NCBI GenBank assembly: GCA_051362555.1
Contig: CM120641.1
Span: 5,208,001 to 5,272,000, forward strand
Length of the DNA stretch: 64,000 nt
Direction: 5' to 3'
Origin: Lingula anatina
Taxonomy: Eukaryota > Animalia > Brachiopoda
Part shown: positions 12,201-23,669 of the stretch, in pieces
Layout: each line of letters begins with the position of its first letter
Numbering within the stretch: position 1 is the first letter of the stretch
Notes under the pieces: generated by a model
Told to the model about the DNA's origin: nothing
Seen by the model: only the letters and a program-made list of their open reading frames with translations
The model's database searches: none
Program-made: the position numbers and the translations under genes

Positions 12201-15200
12201 TAGATCAATCTAGCAGGATCGATCCATCTCCAAGGGGATTCTCGCTAAATTGCATTCAGATTAAGCAGTTTAGATGTCTGGCACGTTTACTGAAGCTGCT
12301 AAATGATAGTTGATTACCCCCTAACAGCTTCAGTAAGCGTGTCAGACATAAGAGCTGCTTAAGCTGAATGCAATTTAGTGAGAAACCTCCTCGGAGATGA
12401 GTCGATCCTGTTAGATTGATCTAGGTATGGAAATGGGGTCTTACTTCCACTGGCTCAACTCTCATGAAATATGTTTTCTGCACAGGGAGGAGATTTCAGA
12501 CCTTCCTATATATTGTAACCTTATCAACTGAGTTCTTTCCTTTTGTCCGGTCATTGCAGCTACTCTACCAGTATAGTCAGGACAAAAAAGTCAGGACTAA
12601 GAACAAGCATATAGCTCTCTGTCTAGATATCTTCATACATTCCAATCTTAATTATCTTCTGAACAGGAAAAAATCACTTTAATTCATATCAGTTTTAAAA
12701 GTGAGGGGATACCAGTCAACCAGTCATGATCAGAATAGAGATTGTACTACAGTACTGACCAAATAATGCCATGGATTTTTGTTTTCAGCCAGGTGTGCTG
12801 ATGCCTTTCTGACTGCAAGGACATTAATAAAAAATAATCTGTTGTGTGTGGACATATCTATCAGTACATCCTTGAGGAAAATTGTCCCATTTCATACATT
12901 AAAATTAGGAAGTATTCTATACATTAACCGAAACTTATTAGATAATATAACATCTAAGCCAAGAGATATTTTAAATGAAAATATTAGACAAAATGATTTC
13001 AATAAAATCATATCTCATCTCTACTTGGGTAGTTTTGTTGATAGTTGGTAAGAAGGTGAGATACCATGAGAGGACACCTGGATACAGACTTGGTCATATA
13101 ACAAAGAACTTAATTTTAAGGCGATCTCCATTTTTCCAGGAAATTGTACCCAATCCCACAGGGTTATTTCCAAGATCAAAAATATGTCCAGCATACCACA
13201 CTCCCAGAGCCCGCCTTAATCTCTTCTAGATTTACAGGTGAAAAGGGGTTCACATAGGTACACTCCACTTCAAAGGGATTGTATCTCAACACATAATCTA
13301 ATCTCGGAACAGGTTCTCTAGTTTTTTTCTCTCCCAAGTGAAGCATAGAAATGGATTCTATATAATTATGGACACCTAAGAACAATGAAATGATGCCATT
13401 CCCAGAAGTACTAGATAGAGAGTTCACTATGATAATTACCCCAGAGAGAAGTGACATTTCTTTGTCCGACTAATAATATCAGCAAGTGAGGGCAAGGATA
13501 GTTCAATGGGGCATCAGATAATGATGAATATAAAAGTGTGCACTTTAGCCAATAAGACTTAAATGTGTTACGCATGAAAGCAAACAGTTTTCTTATTGGA
13601 TTGGTTATCTGATGAGCTGAAAAAGAGTTATTTAAAAGCTATCACTGTCATTTAGCCGTTGCATAACACAGCGCACAGCGAAAAAATAGTCAAAATAAAT
13701 TAATAATTTAAAACATAAATATTCAAAATAATACAAAAAATATGCTTGTGAGTGGCTTATTTTAAATATTTTAAAACAATTAATTAGTAATTATGTGTAC
13801 CTCCCCCCCACCAAAAAAAAAATTTTTTTTTTCAAGATATTATGCACTGCTTATATAAAATCCTAAGAGAAGCTTACGTGTGATGCCTGTGGGTTTTTTA
13901 CAATGTGTTTTCTAGAGGGCTTGACACCATTTGCCTCTTGGCGCTTCCACAAAGTAAACTTGCTCCTTCTTCGCCCCTTGTCCCCTTGGGTAAGAACCCC
14001 ATTGTATCTGTAATGGAAATACAGCAATAATTCATAGTAAAACTTGTAAGATACAAGTGAACTATTCATGCATTAGCAGGTTGTCAATACCATTGTCTCA
14101 GGATGCAATACAATTGCATTATTTATTCAGTAAGGAAAGCATAAACAGTCGATGAAAATATTGTTATTTCAGATTAACAGAATCAAACAAAGTATGCACT
14201 ACTATTATTTGCATTTCCTCTCTCATATGGTATCGTGAGGAATTAAAAACAAATACACTGTGTAGTTGGTCAATATCATTACTGAGTTCATAACTTTCAT
14301 TTAACTATTCATGATTCACATTATCAACATTTTGTTTTAAATCATTCATAATGCAGTGGATACCAAAACATAACCAATGATCCCATAAAATTCTGTGTTC
14401 AACCGGCATGTCATATTTGCTTTGATATCAGGCAATACTGTAATGTGTAAAATCAATAATAAAAAAACACATCTTCATGTGAACAGAAACATTCCAAAAC
14501 TCTTCCTCCCACGAGATCAATCAATAAAGTTGTGATCAGATGATGGATATGGTAAAAGACCCAGCAAAACATTCACTTTGAACAGGTCCAGAGTACAGAA
14601 ACACAACAAGAGCAGTTCTTGTCAGTTAATCTCTAGTTTTTTGAGTCATGGCAAATAAACACACAAAAAATGAAGGCTGTCCCACACAATCAGAGTTTCA
14701 GGTAACCAATGTCCTATCATGCCGTTGGGCATTACACTTTCATACATCTGATGAAATTTTGGTAAATTGCACATTGTGGTCACACATTTAACTAAAGAGA
14801 GACAAAGAATACCACTGGTATCTGTGGGGTTTCGTTATAACCATAATCAAGCCCAAAGAGTTCTGATGAACATAAAAGATATGCTCCAGTACATACAATA
14901 TGACCTATTAAAAATATTACTATGGTATGCAATACTATTAGCTGGATACCTTAAATACAATGTGTCTCCCTCTAAAACCAAACTCAGGCCTACCCAACTA
15001 CCAGACTCGGCACCGAATGATCCCAAATTCACTGGTAGATTGGATCACACTACCCGTTTCCAAAGTGTGCATCAGTAGGCATTTTACGGTATCATACCTC
15101 AGAACAAATTTTGAGATGAGATGCATTACTGTTCAACTCGGCTCAGAATTATCGCTATCACATCACATACTAGGCAATAGCTGTGTCATGACTGAATTTT

Positions 15201-18200
15201 CGAGGCGCCTACTGACGCACACCTTGAAAATGGGTAGTGTGGTCCAATCGACCGGTGACTTCAGGATCATTTGGTAAAGAGTCTGGCAGTTGGGTAGGCC
15301 TGAAACTAAAAACATTACTAGTACCTTGAAGCCTAATTTGCAAATCTGAACCAGTAATCTCCAAAGGAGAATGAAGGGCAAATAAGGATAAGGGGGAGAG
15401 GGGGTTAAATGTCAAAAATCATATTATTTAGTCCAACTCTCATCCTGTTGTCATGAAAATTTGATACCAACTCTCCCCCATCTATACTTTAGGTCTGCTG
15501 TTGCACATACCATTTACTTCTATGAGGTTGTTTTCATCAAGGACTAGTAAATAAAGATGAAAGCAGTGATTACCAGTCTCATTAACAAGGTAAATGACAA
15601 TAAAATTTGAATAGATAGGGATTTAAATATTAACTATCCTTAATAAAGCTATTACTGACAGCTATGTGAATATAAATATCTTTTTAGTCCGACTTCTGAT
15701 AATAAGACAGTTAAAACAAAAATTCGGAGAAACAATAAAATTTTCTTTTAATCATTCCCATTTTTTCCCACATATACCATCTTTCCTGGATAAAAGCAGA
15801 GATTAAATACAAAGACGAAGCATGAATTAGATTAATTATTAAAAATTAAAAAAATTAAATTAAAAATTATTCATCATCAATTTGATGAAAATTGAATGGT
15901 ATTTCAATATATATGCTCTATTATCTTTTGAGTTTCACAAATCTGAGTACAAAAATCAGTTGCAGTAGTTGAAGTGATCTTTCTTCCATCCATCCCTCCA
16001 TAAAAGTTTGGTTTATAAATACATATTTACAAAGTTTGCGATTAACAAAGTATTACATATCAACATCAAAACAATTTTGACAAGCCAAGGTCTACATACT
16101 AGTATTGTTTTTTAAACATTTTTCCCTTTTCCATGATATTGGTTATACATGTGATTTCTTCTATTGCATCACTCATTTGCAAGGCACTTCCACACCAAGC
16201 AGTACTTCCTAGGGTCAACTGAACCTAATCCTATAAGCTGAGATTTGTTCTTTTTAAAAAAAACACCACCATGCAATTTAACACACTGCATTTGTCAAGG
16301 GAAATATTGGATCAGACTTTTTTCACCAGCAGATAACAAGCTAGTGCATTTTTTTTTTCTTTTTGGCAGAATTAAAGCACGAGATATAGACTGACAGTAT
16401 TGGCCTCACTTTCAGAACAAAATCTTCTAAGCCATCAAATTAAAGAGATCTGATCTAGTCACAAAGTAAGAATTTCATCTTAAGGGCCATTATGAGGAAG
16501 TCTCTTTGCTTGTTCCATTCCTAAGACACTGTTAAATTATGTAAAATATATATAAAAAATATGCACTCTGAAAGCAAAACTTATGAAAGTATATTTTTAA
16601 CAGATTTTCAGTGGCACTTCATTACTAGTAAAAGTAGATCTATCGTATATTCTCCCTCTTTTAAGAAATCGGTATTGATTAAGAAACATCTACCCAGATG
16701 CATAGTTCAGGAACCAATTTATTATTAAAAGCAAAGATCCCAAAAGGAGCACATTCTATAGCCATGTTCAATATATCAGAGGAGTAAATTCTATAGAAAC
16801 CAGTTGTAACTATAATTGGGACATAAATTTTTTTCAATGCAGTTAATGCATATAAAAAACACCCCTTCTTGAAAAAGAAATATTCTCCTTACTTCATAAA
16901 TGAATAGAAGTGAATATAGCATTGTAAGCACATTTTGAGACACATTTTCTTTTCTCATCCCCCCCCCTCTCCCCCTTGCATCTGTTTCTGTTTTCAGTTC
17001 TCCAGAGAAAACACCTGTTATAACAGCTCACCTCGACCACCAGACCTAGATATCTAGTCTCCTGCTGTGTTCAGTTAAATGTCCAACAGTAATCTTGTTG
17101 TGAAAAGTACTGTTAACATACCTCGGCTTTTACCTAAGCAGACACGCAGCCCTGATGAAGCCTATAGTCTCATTTCCAAATCAAGCTGGGTCAACATAAT
17201 CTCAGTATGACCCATCTCACAGTGATTATGATTAGCTCACCAGGCCAGTATATCTAATCCCACCTCTGTCCCAACCATTGCCATTGTAACTGGGTGAAGT
17301 AGTGAGCCATCAGACTGGCCACCTATGGAGATCTAATCATAATCAGAAAGTTTGCTGAAATGGGTTCAATAGAGATAAGTATATCTATCTTGACTGGAAA
17401 TAACACTTAATGTATTGCCACTAAAATGTGCCCTTTCAGTTATTTTATTTATCTTTTTAAATATTCCTATATAATTTTGTAAAAAAAATTTACATTAATG
17501 TCACTGTATTTCTCTTTTAGGCACTATTTCTTTCATATGTTAAAATATCATCAAACTACATGCCAATGTTAATACTGAGTACCTTCAATGACATATAATT
17601 ATCATGAGATCAATTATGTTATTGTTAATTTTGAGTATCTTTAATAATATATAATAATCTTGAGAATTACTGAACAGTGACTAAATGTGGTATAACTAGC
17701 CACCATTTCCCCACTTGAGCATATTTTCCACTGTATATTTTCCACTAACAGCAAGTCTGTAGTGAATTGCTGCATTAATGTCCACCCTCCCCCTTCACAC
17801 CACTTTCTAGGTAATGTTATTAGTGTTATGCAATTCTACAGGCTGCAAATGTGTTTCTGTATCCTCAGACAAACTCCTTTCTCTAGCACTATTTATTTCC
17901 ATCAACCAGCTAATTTGAACAACTAAAAATATATTGCATATCTAGGGGTGAGCATTACACAACAGACTGACATACTTCTTGTATATAAGATCCCCAGGTT
18001 ATACTTTCCACCTTTGTATATAAAAGAACATGATAAACATGAGCATGATTCTTTAAGCAGCTTGAGGATCTCTTTTTTCACTATTTTCACCTATATTACT
18101 GACGCTAAGTACATTAGTGCCATGTTGGTTTACCTGGCTTATTACTGCCCTTACTGCAAAAAAATTACTTTTTAAATCTTCTAGTACTTGGCCACAAAAT

Positions 18201-20321
18201 AAGTCAATACTTTTACTTCCATTTCAAGGAATACAATTGCATGACTGAGGACCTTGGTCTGTTGTTATGGTATATGGATGATTCAGATTCAAGTTTTTTG
18301 TTCCAATGAATATACCAAAAGAGCACTTTTCTATTCACCTGCCATATAAAGCACTTGTCACAGATTTGTAATTTTATTCCTATATTACAAGATACGTGCA
18401 GCAATATGCCGTTATATGTTTATATTAGTGCCTGAGGTAAAAAAAAAAAATGCATGGGAATAGTATGTAGCTAGTAATTATCCTTTTCCTAGCTGTGAGT
18501 GTTTGAGCCTGGCACCAAGTTAATACTATGCAGCACTGGCAGCAAGCTCATTGCCTGGAACAATATAAGAGGATATTTTCTAAACCCATTTCATACTCAT
18601 AATATGGACTTGGAAAATAGTATTGAGTGGATGAATTATATATTTTCTGGAGATAAAAGCTTCATCATTTAATCAAGTAAAATTTGGTGGGCAAGAATGC
18701 ATATTTATTAATTATATTCTTTCCTTTCTAGATTAGAAGGCATTAAAACAAGCGAGTATTTAGTGGGAAGTTCAGTGATTTGGTTAATCTGATCAATTTA
18801 AACAAACAAAACAATATATACTCAGCTCCTTTTTATAAACAATGCAACAGACACTAACAGAGGGTATTTTTATGACATGTTTATCTTTGCAGCTAAAAAG
18901 GTTTCAGATAGATTTGCATCAGTGCTAAAAAAACAGGGGAATGGATAAAACATCTAAACCAGCAGTTTTCTGCCAGAATTTTTCTAGAAGCAAGTACTCT
19001 GTTTCAGTTTTAATCATCTGAGATAGCAATCAGATCAATGTAAAGTAGTCTGGCTTGGAGTGCCTTGACAGGTTGATCTTGAAAAGGCCAGTATTTAACA
19101 GGATATCAGCTGGTTCATATACTGTCCTCAACTAAACCAAGTGAAAAAAAATTGATTGTATCCAGGTTCTTACTATTATACGGTTTCTTAAAGAATTTGA
19201 TGGTAAACCTCATCAAATGGATGTAATCTATTCCCAGATGACACAACACAACTTTTCTTATTAATTTGTTTTTAATTGAAAAAAACACTGAGCTAAAAAA
19301 ATGTCCAATTTCAGATAAGAAAGTTACAGGAGTTTCAACCACCTGCTAATTTCATGGCAATCAATGTACATGTCCATACTAACTTAAATACCACAGGCAA
19401 TAAGGCCTTAATGTAAACTCAATTTAGTTAGAACTACAGTTATTGGTTTCATTCTCTTAAAAGGATAATATCTATGCTTAACATTCCATTTGAACTCTAT
19501 TAACCGTTGCACTCACAGCATTTTCATAGACTGATGATTTAGAGCATTCAGACAAAAGATGTGTTAAATATTGCTCTCCATATTACACATTTGCATTATA
19601 ATTTTGGTTCATACACTCACCCAAAAAGTTTGGAAACATTATTATTTTGAATAATAATAAAATAAACACATGAGCTAAGGTATATATATTTTAACCAAAC
19701 ATTGATGGATTATGCACCCACCATACATTTCTTTTTATATACACTGAACATTTTAGTTATTAAAAAACAATTTCAGGTTTCAAAACTTTTTTGGTCAAGT
19801 GTGTATTTATACCACAGCAATATGAGTTACCCAGTTGCAATCCAGCATATTTCAGCTATAAAACTTATTGGCTATATCATGTTGAGTCACGAACCCCTTC
19901 CTATTCTTCAACTTTACTGTGTGAAGGTATACTGGATATAACATTATTTTTATAATATATGAAATGCAGGTGGCTGAAGATAATTATATGATATACTTAT
20001 ATCATTAACTTTTTTCATTGAAAGGTTTGATGCAGGGTATAGAATCAACCAGGGAAGGTATGATGGTACCAGTAGATAAAATAATAACATCAATTCATCA
20101 GAACAATTTCTATATATCTCCCTTCAGTCATATATTTCAAAGCTTACTAAACATACTGCAAAGCAATTTCTAAAAACTAAATGACCATCCTCTTCCAAAG
20201 GAGTAATTTCTGGTTCTTTCCAACCTACCACTGTCATTAATCACCACCATAATTATCAGTCCCTTTGTTTACCTATAGAGACAGAGCCATTTATACATGC
20301 CAAGGGCAATCCTCTTTAACG

Positions 20322-20356
<35 letters not shown>

Positions 20357-21451
20357 CCAAAATGTGTCTCTATCCAGGGATGGATATAGGGCATTTGACA
20401 GGTCAGGGAGTTTTGGCCCTGATATCACTATGGGCGCTTTCGGAACAGATGATCAGCACACTAACTTGTCCACAGATTAAATATGGCTATCCCCACTAAT
20501 TTAGAGATGCTGCTAATCTTCTCATAGTCTCCCTGCCATCCCTACAGGGGTCTAGCAATTAAACCCCGAAGCCAAGATCTAATCTGTATGGAGGCAAGAA
20601 GACCATAAAAGGATTAGGTGGCATCCCTTTTGAGTGGGGTCGGCCATATTTAGTTCACGGATCAGTTAGTCCGCAGATCATCTGTTCTGAATGCAGCCTA
20701 TGACGACACACTGGATCTGATAATCCTGGTTCAAAATCTCAGGCTATGCCAAACATGCCCCAAAATAAGAAAAGTGCTCTTAAAACTTTTTTCTATAACA
20801 GCAACTCCTTTCCTCACAGAAACAGAGTCATTCACAAAGGCACCATCTAATAACTAACAGAGAAAAAAAGGTTATCTCCATCAGCTCAGTGAATTCAAAA
20901 TTCAGCACATATATAGCATGGATCATCATTTGTGGCCAAATGTCAGTTCAATAACTTTTGGATTTTCTGAAATGGTTATGTCTTTTGTCATATATAATTT
21001 GTCACCTGAGGTCTGTTCCATTCCTTTTAGATCCTCTCAATGTTCATTATCAATTTTACTTACCCTAGCACCACTATCTCCCCATACTTCAGTGGGGTCA
21101 CCTTTTTGGGACTTCCATGTTTTTTATCGTCATCCCCAAGGCTGAGTTTTGCCTTGAGTGATGATTTGGTTTCCAGAGGAACAACCTCTGGTAATTGCTC
21201 CTTCACTGTCTGGACTAGATCTGTCTGCTTTGTGTCCCCATTATTAGCTGGCTCCTGAGGGACTTGTTGTAACTTCTGCTTGTTTGGATCTTCTAGGGCT
21301 CTGGATTAAATAAAACAAAAAATAATAACTTATTTTATTGTAGTTGAATGAACTTAACACTTAAAAGGTATATAAATATGTAAGTTTTTAATGCACAATT
21401 ATAAGGTCATCTCTAAAGCAAGATGTGATTTGTCTTTTGAATCAAAAACTC

Positions 21452-21517
<66 letters not shown>

Positions 21518-22045
21518 GGTGGAACAGGGGTGAGCCAAAGAGTACACCCTGCCTGTATTTTCCTTTTGCTTTCTATTGTGTAATATTATCTGATGTATAA
21601 AATTAATAAAAACAATAAAACATAAAACTTATTTAAAACATGAGACGTATGTGACAAGAATGTGCAATGATAGTGTGACAATTTCACACCAATCACTTTC
21701 AGATGTTACATGTTAAGGAGTACTTAACACATATAGACATAATAAAACAACACTGTGACTACTACGTTGGAAAGTTACACGTGGTCTCATGGTGAGTGGC
21801 AATTAATTCCATTATATTCACAGTTCAGCACATTAGTAAATACTAACAAACTACACTGAAAGATTTGTTTCAAAATGTCCAGACGACTAAGACAAGACAC
21901 AAAGAGGACCATGAAAACAAAGATATGACAACAAGGATCGGACAAAGACGAACGACTAAGATCACGACCCACAATTTGATTACTGTTTACACATAGCAAA
22001 AAGCTTACAAACAGTAAATACTCACATCTGTTGTGTATCTGGCAT
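263..22045 (-). CDS. PELI: Pellino E3 ubiquitin ligase (cryptic FHA + RING-like), 3'-truncated by the window edge. Coding exons: 22026-22045, 21064-21300, 13878-14007, 3270-3371, 1962-2159, 1468-1653, 1094-1192, 263-484
   Basis: All exons have GT-AG boundaries and join in frame. They give MPDTQQ...KYGEIVVLG|YNGVLTQGDKGRRRSKF...QHSVSFTLSRNQAIVIEY..DTDMFQIGRSSEGPIDFVVMDT...QSTISRFACRI...RIFAAGFDS..NIFLGEKATKW....IDGLTTNGILIMHP...WREVSVGG...DGTLIDLCGATLLWRS...INAGRPQCPVGLNTL...YLYCGHVHG...CPMC, which are hallmark Pellino motifs recognised from memory. Confidence 0.96.
822..1079. mobile_element. Degenerate palindromic MITE (PIF/Harbinger-like, family A)
   Basis: Termini gggttcattcccaatgaaact ... 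agtttcattgaaaatgagccc, flanked by TAA/TTA. The arms fold back imperfectly along the whole length. Confidence 0.7.
3171..3250. repeat. (CA)n microsatellite, about 40 units, about 20 bp from a Pellino splice donor
   Basis: Read directly from the sequence. Confidence 0.97.
4950..5210. repeat. Degenerate minisatellite of about 24 bp (gatgatgggttctatctgtaatga-like)
   Basis: Recurring gatgggttc/tt..ctgtaat units at about 24-bp spacing. Confidence 0.8.
5466..5688. mobile_element. Palindromic MITE (PIF/Harbinger-like, family A)
   Basis: TAA|gggtgcattcccacagattt ... aaatctatgggaatggggtc|TAA. Homologous to 44041-44210 (inverted) and 12185-12440. Confidence 0.75.
6848..7393. mobile_element. Young MITE with about 160-bp near-perfect TIRs and TAA target-site duplication (PIF/Harbinger/Tourist-like)
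   Basis: TAA|gagcgcattctcaacgaattaagccaggc... and ...gcctggcttaattcgttgagaatgcgctc|TAA. Arms 6848-7014 and 7235-7393 are nearly identical reverse complements, with a short extra insert in the left arm. Confidence 0.9.
7749..10425 (+). CDS. Nested antisense gene in a Pellino intron: 189-aa secreted Cys-rich protein with an EGF-like module and hydrophobic C-terminus. Exons 7749-7848, 8502-8654, 9034-9158, 9898-10024, 10361-10425
   Basis: Five exons with AG/GT boundaries (donors gtgagt, gtaagt, gtaagc, gtaata) splice with compatible phases 1,1,0,1 into one open frame of 570 nt ending in TAG at 10423-10425. It has a signal-peptide-like N-terminus, an EGF-like C-x6-C-x5-C-x15-C-x-C-x11-C module and AATAAA at 10538. 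Confidence 0.72.
9313..9526. mobile_element. Fully fold-back MITE with TTA TSD
   Basis: TTA|ggcttaattcacatgcaatgtctattttctaaattctattttctatt ... aatagaaaatagaatttagaaaatagacattgcatgtgaatgaagcc|TTA. Confidence 0.88.
10526..10755. mobile_element. Degenerate family-A MITE
   Basis: gggtgcactcagaataaaactatcatact..tagatcaatccacctctttgggactctcgctgaa aligns by eye with 822-900. The right arm agtatgatagtttcatt is complementary to the left arm. Confidence 0.6.
12185..12440. mobile_element. Palindromic MITE (family A)
   Basis: TAA|gacccgttccaatacctagatcaatctagcaggatcga ... tcgatcctgttagattgatctaggtatggaaatggggtc|TTA. It shares the core atagttgattaccccctaacagctt with 5466-5688. Confidence 0.8.
14987..15300. 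mobile_element. MITE with about 95-bp imperfect TIRs
   Basis: tca|ggcctacccaactaccagactc... versus ...gagtctggcagttgggtaggcc|tga. The same pseudo-peptide appears on both strands in the ORF track. Confidence 0.8.
19614..19803. mobile_element. Tc1/mariner-like MITE
   Basis: TA|cactcacccaaaaagtttggaaac ... gtttcaaaactttttggtcaagtg(tg)|TA, an imperfect TIR of about 24 bp with TA flanks. Confidence 0.55.
20325..20353. repeat. (TA)n microsatellite
   Basis: Read directly from the sequence. Confidence 0.9.
20432..20698. mobile_element. Degenerate fold-back MITE with 3-bp TAT duplication
   Basis: TAT|gggcgctttcggaacagatgatc ... gatcatctgttctgaatgcagcc|TAT. The internal arms are also complementary. 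Confidence 0.7.
21454..21516. repeat. (TG)n microsatellite
   Basis: Read directly from the sequence. Confidence 0.97.
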
Positions 22046-22099
22046 CACAACTACCCAATAATGTAACTATATCTCATCCTACAAGTCTCAAAAAGGCAA

Positions 22100-22700
22100 C
22101 ATTGTGAGAAAAATCTCGAGTGAAAACAAACGAGCAACAAATGACCTAGTTCCTAACATGCAGAGTCACTCCTCGTACTTGAGTATCGTTTGCACCGGAT
22201 GTGGTTTCCCATATAAAAAGTGCGATTGCGTTTTTATAGTTTGTGTATTAGTAAATAAATAAATAAATAAATAAAATTTGAGTACGCAGTTTGAATAGGA
22301 ATAAAAAATTGTGTGGAGCAGACCCAAAATTAAAAAAAGGGGCCGAAAAAATGAACTTGTGATTTTGTTTAAAAATAATGGCAAAAGCAGGAATGAAAAA
22401 GAGAGGCCAAAATGCAGACTCACAGGACCTGTCACGTGTACGGTCCGTTCTGCATGAACCATCCGTCCTGACCGATTGTACACGCAGCAAGGACCAAATT
22501 ATTTGAAGTTCTAGGTCCGCATTCCTAAAAATATGCCCCCCCCCCCGCCCCTTTCACAAGAAATGGAAGAACGTCCTCACCAAATGCAAATTTTTAGAAC
22601 GAAGAAAATGGGGTTTTCGGGTGGACCAAATGTTCCTGTGCTTATTTCAGTCGAACGCAGTTGGTGGTAAATACCCCATTAAATTTAGTTACTAACATGA
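22100..22700 (-). promoter_or_regulatory. Probable Pellino promoter/5'UTR region
   Basis: CpG-enriched segment immediately upstream of the first coding exon (ATG 22045), with an E-box GTCACGTG at 22431-22438. Confidence 0.45.
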
Positions 22701-22978
22701 TTAGTATGTTTTGTCTTGTTCATGGAATATTAGCACAATCATGTTGAGATAGACACCGCAACCACCAGAGCAGCGCTCTCTAACACATTGTAGTAATATC
22801 AGCGCAGTGATTTTTCCCACCTTTGTATCTAACCTTTTTCAAAATCTCATTATATATTCCCACTTTTAATTGAAATGTGTTTCCTTTTTAATTATTTAAA
22901 ATGCTATTCCATTTGCATTTCTTATAAATATTACATTCAAGCTGGGTACAAAGTTTTTGTATCAAAATGAAGCATGGT

Positions 22979-23035
22979 TTACAATTGATTAATATTTTAA
23001 TAATTAAATATTATTAAAATATTAATCAATTGTAA
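22979..23035. repeat. Perfect 26-bp AT-rich inverted repeat with 5-nt loop
   Basis: ttacaattgattaatattttaataat-taaat-attattaaaatattaatcaattgtaa. Confidence 0.9.
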
Positions 23036-23669
23036 TATTCTAATAATTAAATATGCCATGCTTAAATCATCTTAAGTTCAGGCATTTAACCTGTCACTAA
23101 ATAAATTTTTGTTATCTAATGGTGCAAGTAATGGTTTTGTAAAATGAACTGCACTTGTTTTAAAATACAGATATGATTTTTCAGAAATGTTTCGCATAAA
23201 TCAAAACTACCAATAACTCTTTAAACTGAAAATAAGACTTGTTCTAAATCCAATTTATTGGATCATTGGATGAAACTTTACAACAATTAGACCCAAGTTT
23301 CAATGGAGATACAGATGTGCAACTAGAAGAACACATTTACTATATATGTTCCCTTCTTGTGCACTATACATATGCACTATACAATATTTTATGTAGTATA
23401 CATATGTACTATATTATTTATTAGAACAGTTACACATTTACAAATAACACTTTTACAATGCTCTAAGCCATTTCCAGTCACAATGTGACTGCACATTTGG
23501 TACATACATTGTATTCTGCATTTTCTTCATCACATAATCTCACATTTGAAATTAGTTTCATGATCATCTTAAATAGTTTAAATAGTATACATGATCAGTC
23601 AGGATCGATAAAGTCCATTGTACAGTATCATTCAATTAAAGTACAGCGTTCACTTCTGCTGACTTCCAA

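Noticed and set aside
14767-15415. Similar peptides RPTQLPDS.PNDP..TGRLDHTT on both strands
   Set aside because: Artefact of the MITE terminal inverted repeats, not paralogous genes.
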